IMG/VR virus record: IMGVR_UViG_3300045988_017993 | DNA length: 35,705 nucleotides | Origin: a virus | Direction: 5' to 3' (one strand) | In this document: in pieces, positions 23,812 through 32,751 of the stretch | Layout: the number at the start of each line of letters is the position of its first letter | How positions within the stretch are numbered: position 1 is the stretch's first letter | Position numbers and translations under genes: made by a program | Notes under the pieces: model-generated | Told to the model about the DNA's origin: nothing | Database searches by the model: none | Seen by the model: only the letters and a program-made list of their open reading frames with translations

Positions 23812-24171
23812 ATGCCAACACAAACAATTTTCGACACATCAAACATTGTCCGCTCATTGCCTTATAAAGCAGTGTCAGCGACTGTAGACAAATCATTTTC
23901 AGGTGTAACCGTAGATGGTAAAAAATATATCAAAGCAGGTACCCTCGTAGCAGGTAATGGCGGCTCGATTTTTGACGACCGCACAAAAACCGTTGTGGAA
24001 AACAAAACAGCACCAGAGGGAATTGTACTCTATGACGTAGACTTGACAATCGATAACACTGTATCAGTGCTCTATGCTGGTGAAGTTTACAAAGACAAGG
24101 TGAATGGTGGTTCTGTGGACAGCACAGTTACTAAAGCTTTGCCACTCGTTAAATTTATCTCTAAGAAATAA
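23812..24171 (+). CDS. Hypothetical head-module protein (119 aa)
   Basis: ORF with AAAGGAAA upstream, between the scaffold and capsid genes. Confidence 0.6.
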   Translation: MPTQTIFDTSNIVRSLPYKAVSATVDKSFSGVTVDGKKYIKAGTLVAGNGGSIFDDRTKTVVENKTAPEGIVLYDVDLTIDNTVSVLYAGEVYKDKVNGGSVDSTVTKALPLVKFISKK

Positions 24172-24189
24172 GAGGAGGAACATTAAAAC

Positions 24190-25236
24190 ATGGGACTTAT
24201 TTACGATAAAGTAACAGCATCTAATATTGCTGGATACTTCAACACGTTGCAAGAAAATGTTGACTCAACATTGGGTGAGTCTATTTTCCCAGCTCGCAAA
24301 CAACTTGGAACGAAATTGTCTTACATCAAAGGTGCTTCTGGTCAATCTGTTGCTTTAAAAGCCGCTGCATTTGATACGAATGTAACCATTCGTGACCGTG
24401 TTAGTGCTGAAATACACGATGAACAGATGCCATTCTTTAAAGAGGCTATGCTTGTCAAGGAAAATGACCGTCAACAACTCAATCTTGTGAAAGACACAGG
24501 CAATGAAGCGTTAGTTAATACAATTGTAGCGGGTATTTTCAATGACAATTTGACACTTGTTAATGGTGCGCGTGCTCGTCTTGAAGCTATGCGTATGCAA
24601 GTACTTGCTACTGGTAAAATTGCATTTACGAGCGATGGAGTTAACAAAGATATTGATTATGGTGTTAAAGCAGACCATAAGAAACAAGTATCTAAGAGCT
24701 GGGCAGAACCTGGTGCTACACCTCTTGCAGATTTGGAAGATGCTATCGAAACAGCGCGTGAACTTGGTCTTAATCCAGAACGTGCAATCATGAATGCCAA
24801 AACATTCGGTCTTATTCGCAAGGCTGCATCTACAGTTAAAGCTATTAAACCATTGGCAGGTGATGGGTCATCAGTTACTAAAGCTGAACTTCAGAATTAT
24901 GTGGCTGATAATTATGGTGTGGAAATTGTTCTCGAAAACGGTACTTACCGAAACGAGAAAGGTGAAGTTTCTAAATTCTTCCCTGACGGCCACTTGACTC
25001 TTACCCCTAACGGACCTCTTGGAAACACTGTATTTGGAACAACTCCAGAAGAATCTGATCTATTCGCTGACAACACAGTTAACGCTGACGTTGAAATCGT
25101 TGATAACGGTATCGCAGTTACAACTACCAAGACTACTGACCCAGTTAACGTACAAACTAAGGTGTCAATGGTAGCATTGCCATCATTTGAACGCTTGGAT
25201 GATGTTTACATGCTTACTGTAATTCCAGGTGTTTAA
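24190..25236 (+). CDS. Major capsid protein (348 aa)
   Basis: Size and position. GAGGAGG RBS. Typical of pac-type S. thermophilus phages. Confidence 0.85.
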   Translation: MGLIYDKVTASNIAGYFNTLQENVDSTLGESIFPARKQLGTKLSYIKGASGQSVALKAAAFDTNVTIRDRVSAEIHDEQMPFFKEAMLVKENDRQQLNLVKDTGNEALVNTIVAGIFNDNLTLVNGARARLEAMRMQVLATGKIAFTSDGVNKDIDYGVKADHKKQVSKSWAEPGATPLADLEDAIETARELGLNPERAIMNAKTFGLIRKAASTVKAIKPLAGDGSSVTKAELQNYVADNYGVEIVLENGTYRNEKGEVSKFFPDGHLTLTPNGPLGNTVFGTTPEESDLFADNTVNADVEIVDNGIAVTTTKTTDPVNVQTKVSMVALPSFERLDDVYMLTVIPGV

Positions 25237-25237
25237 T

Positions 25238-25399
25238 ATGAATTACGTAGTAAAAGCGTTCATGGATAAAACAGACGGGAAAGTTTATTTTGCTGGCGAC
25301 TGCTATGATGGCGAACGTACTGAAGAACTCATCGGGCTAGGGTACGTACAAGACGACAAGCCTAAGAAAAAGACTAGAGCTAAGAAAACCACTGAATAG
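25238..25399 (+). CDS. Small hypothetical head-module protein (53 aa), not in the ORF track
   Basis: ATG 25238 lies 6 nt after AGGTG. My translation is MNYVVKAFMDKTDGKVYFAGDCYDGERTEELIGLGYVQDDKPKKKTRAKKTTE, ending at stop TAG 25397..25399. Confidence 0.55.
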   Translation: MNYVVKAFMDKTDGKVYFAGDCYDGERTEELIGLGYVQDDKPKKKTRAKKTTE

Positions 25400-25410
25400 T
25401 GAGGTATGGC

Positions 25411-25752
25411 ATGATGACGTTAGATAAAGATAGAGTTATTAAGAATGTCTCGGTTGACCTTAACACTAATGATGATGCCTTGCTTAAAATTTTGCTAGAG
25501 CGTGTCGTTAACCACTTTAAATCAGAGTATGGTGTCGAAGAGATTGATGACAAGTTAGCATTCATTTTCGAGGATTGTGTCATCAAACGTTTCAATCGTC
25601 GAGGCGCTGAAGGTGCTAAATCTGAATCAGTAGATGGTCATTCAATGTCTTACTACGATAACGAAACTGAATTTAAGCCTTACGATAATATGCTTCAGCG
25701 TTTATATGGAACTTCTGGACAGTCTAAAGAGGGAGAGGTGTTATTCCTATGA
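25411..25752 (+). CDS. Head-tail connector protein (about 113 aa; the ORF track starts at GTG 25399)
   Basis: GAGG (25401..25404) lies 6 nt before ATG 25411. Call is by position. Confidence 0.6.
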   Translation: MMTLDKDRVIKNVSVDLNTNDDALLKILLERVVNHFKSEYGVEEIDDKLAFIFEDCVIKRFNRRGAEGAKSESVDGHSMSYYDNETEFKPYDNMLQRLYGTSGQSKEGEVLFL

Positions 25753-26063
25753 GATACGCTGATACCGTAGTGCTAAAATATATCGATAAGACACCAAAAC
25801 ACTACGACCCTGATTTAGGACGTATGGTAGGCGGTAAGGAATGGACTAAGACAACAGCATGTAATGTGACTGGTGCTAGCCTTGAATTGCAAGCCAAACT
25901 AGGAGACCTGTTAAACGCCAATAGCATCGTCGTTAGGTTTAGAAGCCCTATCAAAGATGGAATTGACACGATTGAATATAACGGCAGCAAATACAAACCT
26001 GTTACTGTCAGAAGCTATCTAACCGGTCTAAACGTCATCTATGCTAACAAGGTGGTGAAATAA
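25749..26063 (+). CDS. Head-tail adaptor / head closure protein (104 aa)
   Basis: Overlapping stop-start. Call is by position. Confidence 0.55.
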   Translation: MRYADTVVLKYIDKTPKHYDPDLGRMVGGKEWTKTTACNVTGASLELQAKLGDLLNANSIVVRFRSPIKDGIDTIEYNGSKYKPVTVRSYLTGLNVIYANKVVK

Positions 26064-26064
26064 C

Positions 26065-26409
26065 ATGGCTACAATCGAATTTGAAGGATTGGATGAAATG
26101 GCTCGAAGTCTTCTTAAAAATGCCTCTTCAGAAAGACGTTCAAAGGTTTTGAGGAAGCATGGTTCAAAATTGAAAGAAGCTGCTGTTAAAAGAGCGCAAT
26201 TCAATAAAGGCTATTCAACGGGTGCTACTCGTAGAAGTATTACTCTGCAAGTTCAAAGTGATAAAGCAATTGTCGAAGCCTTGACTAGCTATTCAGGGTA
26301 TCTCGAAGTTGGTACTCGCAAAATGGAGGCGCAACCATTCATGAAACCAGCTCTTGATGAAGTGGTGCCTGAAATGGTCGAAGAATTAGCGAAATGGGAT
26401 GAAACATGA
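26065..26409 (+). CDS. HK97 gp10-family tail-component protein (114 aa)
   Basis: The segment GATRRSITLQV...YSGYLEVGTRKMEAQPFMKPAL matches the gp10 family pattern. Confidence 0.7.
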   Translation: MATIEFEGLDEMARSLLKNASSERRSKVLRKHGSKLKEAAVKRAQFNKGYSTGATRRSITLQVQSDKAIVEALTSYSGYLEVGTRKMEAQPFMKPALDEVVPEMVEELAKWDET

Positions 26410-26792
26410 AACAACCAGATCAATTACTTCATGATGAAATGTTTCGTATTAGTCATGAGTTAGGATACGACACTTACACATATTTGCCACCAGACGACGT
26501 GGCTTACCCCTTTGTCGTCATGGGGGAAACAATGGTCTTGCCACAATCCACAAAATCGCACTTGATAGGTCGTTTATCGTCTACAGTGCATGTTTGGGGA
26601 CACGTTGATGACCGGAAAATATTATCAGATATGGCTGGGCAGTTAATGTCTAGCTTTTTTGCTATCAAAAAAATTGACGGCATGCAGTTTTCAGCCGAAA
26701 TCAACGAGTCGTCAATTGATAGCAATCGAGACAATAGCACAGATGAAGTGCTATATCACTTCATCATTTATACTTATTTTAAATTTATTTAA
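26406..26792 (+). CDS. Tail completion / head-tail joining protein (128 aa)
   Basis: Call is by position upstream of the major tail gene. Confidence 0.55.
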   Translation: MKQPDQLLHDEMFRISHELGYDTYTYLPPDDVAYPFVVMGETMVLPQSTKSHLIGRLSSTVHVWGHVDDRKILSDMAGQLMSSFFAIKKIDGMQFSAEINESSIDSNRDNSTDEVLYHFIIYTYFKFI

Positions 26793-26804
26793 CAGGAGGA
26801 AAAA

Positions 26805-27314
26805 ATGGCTGATATTAATAAAGAAGCCCTTTTGGGTAAAGATAAAATCTTGATGTTCCGAAAACTCGGAGACAAAAAAGCGGCAGCTAAACTTGCCCTA
26901 CAAACAGAGCACGAATGGGAATATTCACGTGATGCAGATAGCACCAAAACCAAAGACGGTGCAGTTGTTGCCGACGGTGGCCTTGAAACTAAACTATCAA
27001 TTAATGCTATTGGTACTAAAGATGAGCTCAATGAAATGCTAAAGAAATCAGTAGTTGACGGATATAAAGTAGAAGTTTGGGAAATCGACTTGGCCGATAA
27101 GAAATCAAACGGAAAATACGGTGCTCTCTATGCGATTGGACGCTTGTCAAACTGGAAAGTTCCAGCCAACGTAGAAGAACTTGTAGAAATTGAGTCAGAA
27201 TTGACTATTGAGGGTAAACCGCAAGCTGGAGAAGCTACGTTGACTAGTGATCAAATTAAAGAAATTCAATACACATTCCAAGATACTACGCAGCCTTCAG
27301 GCCTCGGCGTTTAA
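26805..27314 (+). CDS. Major tail protein (TP901-1-family-like, 169 aa)
   Basis: AGGAGG RBS. It is followed by a strong terminator and then the chaperone and tape-measure genes. Confidence 0.8.
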   Translation: MADINKEALLGKDKILMFRKLGDKKAAAKLALQTEHEWEYSRDADSTKTKDGAVVADGGLETKLSINAIGTKDELNEMLKKSVVDGYKVEVWEIDLADKKSNGKYGALYAIGRLSNWKVPANVEELVEIESELTIEGKPQAGEATLTSDQIKEIQYTFQDTTQPSGLGV

Positions 27315-27332
27315 TAGTATGTAATTATCTTG

Positions 27333-27365
27333 AGCCAAACTTTTTTCGGTTTGGCTTTTTGTTTT
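27333..27365 (+). terminator. Rho-independent terminator/attenuator after the major tail gene
   Basis: An 8-bp perfect stem AGCCAAAC / GTTTGGCT followed by TTTTTGTTTT. Confidence 0.8.
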
Positions 27366-27390
27366 AGAAAAAAATAGGAGTAAACAAACA

Positions 27391-27744
27391 ATGCACACAA
27401 TCACAATTGAAAAAAAAGACTACACTTTGACTTTTGGATTTGATTTCATTCGCGAACTTGACAAACGCTATTCAATCTCAGATGGTGGCGTTTCATTTGG
27501 TTTTGGCGTACAGCACGCAGTTGTTGATTTGCAACAAAAAAATCCAGTGATTTTGCTTGACCTCATTCAAGCAGCAACAATTACAGAGCGTCAAAAACCA
27601 TCTGTTAAAGGGATTGAAGCATATGTCGTTGAAGAAGCTGAGAAAGGGCACCTTGACTCGCTATTTGATGATTTTTTATCGGAATTGCGAACTCAACCTT
27701 TGACGAAAGCAACAACGAAACGAGTAGAAGAAGCAACAGAGTAG
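27391..27744 (+). CDS. Tail assembly chaperone (gpG-like, 117 aa)
   Basis: Position upstream of the tape measure gene. It contains the slippery site. Confidence 0.8.
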   Translation: MHTITIEKKDYTLTFGFDFIRELDKRYSISDGGVSFGFGVQHAVVDLQQKNPVILLDLIQAATITERQKPSVKGIEAYVVEEAEKGHLDSLFDDFLSELRTQPLTKATTKRVEEATE

Positions 27745-28124
27745 CCAAAACAACGAGTGATAACCAAAATTCAGCCGAAGTATACGAGGAATTAATCACG
27801 AATGCTATGGCTGACTTTGGTGTGTCATTGCTTGAAGCACGAAGAATGACACTTAAAGAGATGAAACTCTATCAGAAAGCATATAAGAAACGTTTTTTGA
27901 ACAAAGAAAGAGAAATATATCAACTTGCTTATCTGAATAGGTTGGCTAATGCCACAACTAAAGATGGCAAAAAGTATTATTTCGAAAAATTTGACGACTT
28001 CTATAATGCTAAAGAACGTGCTCGTGAAGTTTTGGGCGAAAAAATCACTAACAGCAAACTGTCAGAACGAGCTCGAAATAATCTTAATTATAAGAAAGAA
28101 AGAGGGTTGCTAGATGGCAGATAA
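27391..28124 (+). CDS. Tail assembly chaperone frameshift product (gpGT-like); the track ORF 27807..28124 is its 3' part
   Basis: The 27807 ORF is in the -1 frame relative to 27391. That frame has no stop back to the slippery site. Confidence 0.7.
27672..27678 (+). other. Programmed -1 frameshift slippery heptamer T_TTT_TTA
   Basis: X_XXY_YYZ is in the correct phase of the 27391 frame. The -1 frame is open from 27672 through 28124. Confidence 0.75.
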
Positions 28125-31100
28125 AACGTTTAATGTAAGAGCAATATTGAGTGCTCGAGACAATGGTCTGTCTAGCGCGCTCAAAAAAGCACAACAAAAC
28201 GCTGAAAACTTGGGAAAAACAAGCGCTAAGTTAGGATCAGTTTTCAAAAGTGTTTTGGGTGCTAATTTAGTTAGTGCTGGTATCACCAAGGGCATCGGTA
28301 CTATAACCAGCGGTATCGGTGGAATGATTACAGAGCTTAACAATTCAACAAAGGCTTGGAAAACGTTTGATGGTAATTTAAGCCAGTTGGGATGGGGGAA
28401 AAAAGAAATTGCATCAGCTAAGAAAGCGATGCAAGATTATGCAACTCAAACCATCTATTCAGCGTCTGACATGGGAAAAACATTCTCGCAAATGGCAGCA
28501 ATTGGTCGAAGCGACGCTGGTGATTTAGTTAAAGCTATGGGTGGACTTGCTGCTTCTGCTGAAAATCCTAAACAAGCGATGAAAACATTGAGTCAACAAA
28601 TGGTCCAAGCGATGACCAAACCTAAGGTTCAATGGGCAGATTTTAAGTTGATGATGGAACAATCACCAGCTGGTATGTCTGCTGTTGCTAGGGAGATGGG
28701 AATGACTCTTGATGATCTTGTCACCAAAATCCAAAACGGAGAAATAAAGACCGAAGACTTTACAGAAGCATTCAAGCGAGCTGGAAATTCCATGCAAGAT
28801 TTGGCCACTAGATATAAATCAGTAGATGAAGCTGTTGGTGGTCTCTATGAAACAGTTTCAAACAAATTGCAACCAGTTTTTGAAAAACTTAGTGCAAAGG
28901 CCATCAAAGGGGTTGAGGGTATCATTGATGCTTTTAGCAAAATTGATGACAGTAAGATTCAAAGCTTTGCTAACAATCTGAGCAAAGGTATTGATAAAGC
29001 GGTTAAAAACATAAGTCAGACCGTGCAATCTTTTTGGGAAGGTTTTAGCAATACAAGTGCAATAAAAGGTCTTAGCAATGCTTTTAGATATGTTGCAAGT
29101 CAAATAAGTTTAGCGTTTAAAGGAATCGATTTTAAAAACCTATTTAAAGGTTTAGGTAGTGTGTTTGGAGACATAGCTTATGGCATTTCAAGAACCTTAA
29201 CAATTGCCACTAAATCAGTTAGCAACTTTATCAGCTCATTCGCTGATACAGGAGCATTCAAGGCATTTAAAACAGCCTTAGAAGATGTTTGGGTTGTCGT
29301 TAAAAAACTTGGTTCGTCACTCGCTGACGTTTTTAATAGCTCTGAAATGCAAACGATTATATCAGCTTTAGGTACAGCGTTTGGAACACTAACCAAGTGG
29401 GTATCACAAGCGGCGTCCGCAGTAGCTAATTTTGTAAGTAGTATCCCTAAAGGCGTCCTCAACGGTATCACAAGTGGGATATTGGCAATAGCAGCAGGTT
29501 TTATAACTGCTAAGGCTGGTATTTCAGTTTTAGGCGGTGCATTGAAAGGTTTGAACTTCATTAGTAGTCTAAATCCATTCAAGAAGTTCAGTAAAGATGC
29601 CGCAGAAGGAACAGAACAAGCTGCAAAGAGTGCTAAACGTTCTAAATCAACTATCACTCAATTATTCAGTGGGTTGGCCAATGTCATTAAATCAACAGGG
29701 ACTAGCATTTCAACAGCTACAAAAGGCATCGGAACAGGGCTATCAACTGCTTTTAAAGGCTTTGGCCAAGGACTTAAATCAGCTTTACAAGGTCTTAAAG
29801 GATTGAACCCAGCGACCTTACTTTCATTCGGTGCTGCCGTAGCCGTTGCCGCAGTCGGTATTGGTGCTGGCATTGGCATCATCGTGTCTTCATTCACTTT
29901 ACTAGCCACTCAGTCTAAAGGTGTTTCACAAATTCTAAAAGCCATAGGTTCAGCGTTCGGAACCGTTGTTGAATCAATCGGTAAGGCAGCAGGGGCTATC
30001 GTTGAAGCCTTTGGCACGGCATTCGGTATCGTCATTAAGGCAGTCGGTGAAGCAGCACCGGGGCTAGCCAAACTTTCCCCATTGGTTGAAGCTATCGGCA
30101 CTGCTCTAGGAAATGCAGCACCATTCATTTCAGCATTTGGAGATGCGCTGACTTCTATACTAGGAGTGTTGTCAAATGTAATTGATGGCTTCACAAAATT
30201 TGTTACTGCTCTAGGAAACGCAATTAGTGGAATTGTCGAGGCATTTACTCCGATTGTTCAAATAATTAGTGACACAATCACTACAGTAACTCAAATCATT
30301 GCTAACGCTATATTGGCAATCGCACCAGTTATTGCGAACTGTATCGTTCAAGTCGCTCAAGTTATCGGACAATTTGGACCACAGATTGCAATGGTAATCA
30401 GTGCTATCGCTCAAGCTATATCAGCTTCAGCACCTATTATCATATCCTTGATTCAAGGTATTGTTACAGTCGTTCAGATTATGGCTCCAGTCATTAGTCA
30501 AGTGATCTCTGCCATCGTTGCGGTCGTTCAAACTCTTGCACCTGTCATCAGTCAAATTATTTCAGCGATTGTTACAGCAATCACTCAAATTGTGCCTATT
30601 ATTACCGCAATTGGTGGTGTGATTAGTGCTGCATTTAGTGGCATTGCATCGGTTGTGTCAGCAGCAGGGATGGCAATCGCTACCGCCGCTATGGGTATCG
30701 GTACGGCTATTAGTACGGCTCTTAGTGGTGTGGCAAGCATCATCAGTGCTACTGGTGCCGCAATTGAGGCAGCCTTGCAAGGAATTGCTAGTGTGGTGCA
30801 ATCAGTCGGAACATCAATTAGCACAGCGGCTCAAGGTATCGGAAACGGCATCAAGTCAGCATTTGAAGGTGTTTCAAGCGTGATTACCTCTGCAGGAAAT
30901 GCAATCAGTAGTGTATTGAATAGCTTGGCTAACGTGTTCAATTCAATTGGTACAGCTGCTCAGAAGGCTGGTGCTGGTTTCAATCAGCTAGCTAATGGTG
31001 TAGTCAAAATTACCAATACAAACTTAGGAGACATGGCTGCATCTCTTGCGGCAGTGGCTCATGGTATTGGTTCGATTAGTGATAACTCAGCAGGGCTTGC

Positions 31101-32751
31101 TCAAGCTGGTGCAGGTATGGCTCAACTTGGAAATGGCATGAGCAAGGTGTCAGCATCAGCAACTAGCGCTGTATCTGGTTTGACATCATTCTCAACTGCT
31201 ATCTCAAGCATTCAATCATCATTTGGTAGTTTGCAAGCTTTGCTTGCTACTGCAGCAGCTGCGTTCAGTACATTCTCAAGTCAAGCCCTGCAATCACTAG
31301 CTGGGTTAACGGCCATTGTAGCACCTATTGCGGTCTTCCAAACTCAGATTATGATGATAGTGCCTGCATTAATGCAAGCAAGTGCAGGGTTGACCATGTT
31401 CAGCGCAGTAGCGATGGCGTTGTCTTCTAGCTTGACCTTTATCAGTACGTCCATGACGATGTTGACCACTGGCATGACTATGTTAGCCTCTCAGCTTACT
31501 ATGGTAGCGACTGGTTTTACTACTATGGTTGCAAGCTCGACCTCACTGGGTGCAAGTTTGACTATGATGGCAGCTCAATTCATCACGATTGGTACATCAT
31601 TAACAATGCTAAATAGTCAATTCATTGCATTCACAGCTGCGTTGACTATGGTTAACAGTCAGTTATTGGCTTCTGCTGTGGGCGTGACAATGTTTGGATC
31701 ACAATTTGCAATGCTGGGATCAATCATGGCCGTGTTCAGCAGTCAATTAACAATGGTTGGAGCATCTATTCAAATGATGGCCGCACAATTCACCATGATG
31801 AGTGCAAGCCTCACCACTGTTGGTTCTACAGTTGCGATGATTGCCAGCCAGTTTACTGTGTTGATTGCGAGCATTATGCAGTTGACTGCTTCAATTTCTA
31901 CAATTCCACCGCAATTCAGCGCGGTGGCAGCAAGCGCTACAACGGCCACAACAGCGATCATGCGAATTGGAACATCGGCGCCATTGATTGCTTCAGCAAT
32001 GAACAGCGCGGCCTCACAGGTGCAATCAGCAATGCAGAATATGGCACAAGCTGTTCAGTCTAATGGCCAACGAATGATTCAAATGGGCAGACAAGCCGGG
32101 CTACAAACAGGGCAAGGAATTGCTCGGGGAATTCAATCAGCAACTGGGGCTGTATCTGCCGCAGCGGGCGCACTGGTTAGCGCAGCACAATCACGCGCTA
32201 TGGCAGGCGCAGGCGCTATGCGTTCCGTAGGGGCAATGATTGGACAAGGTTTGGCCGCTGGTATGATGTCTGCTCTTGGGGCAGTAACAGCTGCCGCCAA
32301 TGCCCTAGTCGCCCAAGCAGAGCGCGCGGCTCAAGCTAAGGCTAAAATTCACTCACCATCAAGGTTATTCCGCGATGAAGTCGGTATTTTTATCGGCCAA
32401 GGTATGGCTGTCGGTATTGACAACAGTGTTAAATACGTCAGAGACTCTATCGAGAACATGGTTGACGTGGCTAGTGGCTATGCGATAGACGCTCGAGAAC
32501 TATTTAAAGATAATGACTTGTTTGACGGCTTTGGCGGTGGTTTAATCCGTGGCAGTGTTGATCTAGCAGTCCGAGATGACAGCAGAATGGACCGCCTTGA
32601 GCAAGCACTTGACCTTATCACTGACTTGGTAGGACGTCCGATTTCACTTAATATCAATGGCCGTGAGTTTGCTTACGCAACAGGGGACGATTTGGTATCA
32701 TACCAAAACGATAAGGATTTCAGTTACAAACGTATGAGAGGTATTAAATAA
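28114..32751 (+). CDS. Tape measure protein (1545 aa)
   Basis: Size, position, and a long Ala/Ser/Ile/Thr-rich periodic core. Confidence 0.9.
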   Translation: MADKTFNVRAILSARDNGLSSALKKAQQNAENLGKTSAKLGSVFKSVLGANLVSAGITKGIGTITSGIGGMITELNNSTKAWKTFDGNLSQLGWGKKEIASAKKAMQDYATQTIYSASDMGKTFSQMAAIGRSDAGDLVKAMGGLAASAENPKQAMKTLSQQMVQAMTKPKVQWADFKLMMEQSPAGMSAVAREMGMTLDDLVTKIQNGEIKTEDFTEAFKRAGNSMQDLATRYKSVDEAVGGLYETVSNKLQPVFEKLSAKAIKGVEGIIDAFSKIDDSKIQSFANNLSKGIDKAVKNISQTVQSFWEGFSNTSAIKGLSNAFRYVASQISLAFKGIDFKNLFKGLGSVFGDIAYGISRTLTIATKSVSNFISSFADTGAFKAFKTALEDVWVVVKKLGSSLADVFNSSEMQTIISALGTAFGTLTKWVSQAASAVANFVSSIPKGVLNGITSGILAIAAGFITAKAGISVLGGALKGLNFISSLNPFKKFSKDAAEGTEQAAKSAKRSKSTITQLFSGLANVIKSTGTSISTATKGIGTGLSTAFKGFGQGLKSALQGLKGLNPATLLSFGAAVAVAAVGIGAGIGIIVSSFTLLATQSKGVSQILKAIGSAFGTVVESIGKAAGAIVEAFGTAFGIVIKAVGEAAPGLAKLSPLVEAIGTALGNAAPFISAFGDALTSILGVLSNVIDGFTKFVTALGNAISGIVEAFTPIVQIISDTITTVTQIIANAILAIAPVIANCIVQVAQVIGQFGPQIAMVISAIAQAISASAPIIISLIQGIVTVVQIMAPVISQVISAIVAVVQTLAPVISQIISAIVTAITQIVPIITAIGGVISAAFSGIASVVSAAGMAIATAAMGIGTAISTALSGVASIISATGAAIEAALQGIASVVQSVGTSISTAAQGIGNGIKSAFEGVSSVITSAGNAISSVLNSLANVFNSIGTAAQKAGAGFNQLANGVVKITNTNLGDMAASLAAVAHGIGSISDNSAGLAQAGAGMAQLGNGMSKVSASATSAVSGLTSFSTAISSIQSSFGSLQALLATAAAAFSTFSSQALQSLAGLTAIVAPIAVFQTQIMMIVPALMQASAGLTMFSAVAMALSSSLTFISTSMTMLTTGMTMLASQLTMVATGFTTMVASSTSLGASLTMMAAQFITIGTSLTMLNSQFIAFTAALTMVNSQLLASAVGVTMFGSQFAMLGSIMAVFSSQLTMVGASIQMMAAQFTMMSASLTTVGSTVAMIASQFTVLIASIMQLTASISTIPPQFSAVAASATTATTAIMRIGTSAPLIASAMNSAASQVQSAMQNMAQAVQSNGQRMIQMGRQAGLQTGQGIARGIQSATGAVSAAAGALVSAAQSRAMAGAGAMRSVGAMIGQGLAAGMMSALGAVTAAANALVAQAERAAQAKAKIHSPSRLFRDEVGIFIGQGMAVGIDNSVKYVRDSIENMVDVASGYAIDARELFKDNDLFDGFGGGLIRGSVDLAVRDDSRMDRLEQALDLITDLVGRPISLNINGREFAYATGDDLVSYQNDKDFSYKRMRGIK

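Noticed and set aside
641-26853. Other short overlapping ORFs in the track. Minus-strand examples: 641..889, 1018..1242, 3270..3461, 6554..6811, 7708..7926, 9218..9532, 14930..15286, 22053..22334, 22681..23031, 26504..26740. Nested plus-strand examples: 9184..9387, 13865..14200, 18652..18879, 19458..19769, 24557..24997, 26659..26853.
   Set aside because: All lie inside longer, recognisable + strand genes and lack ribosome-binding sites. Their translations are low-complexity or Cys/Phe/Ser-rich, typical of off-frame reading of AT-rich DNA.
28858-31961. A series of minus-strand ORFs (for example 29178..29657 and 29910..30194) and same-strand nested ORFs inside the tape measure gene
   Set aside because: They are products of the Ala/Ser/Gly/Ile codon bias of the repeat-rich tape measure protein. 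They have no RBS and lie antisense to a 1545-aa gene in a genome that is otherwise transcribed in one direction.
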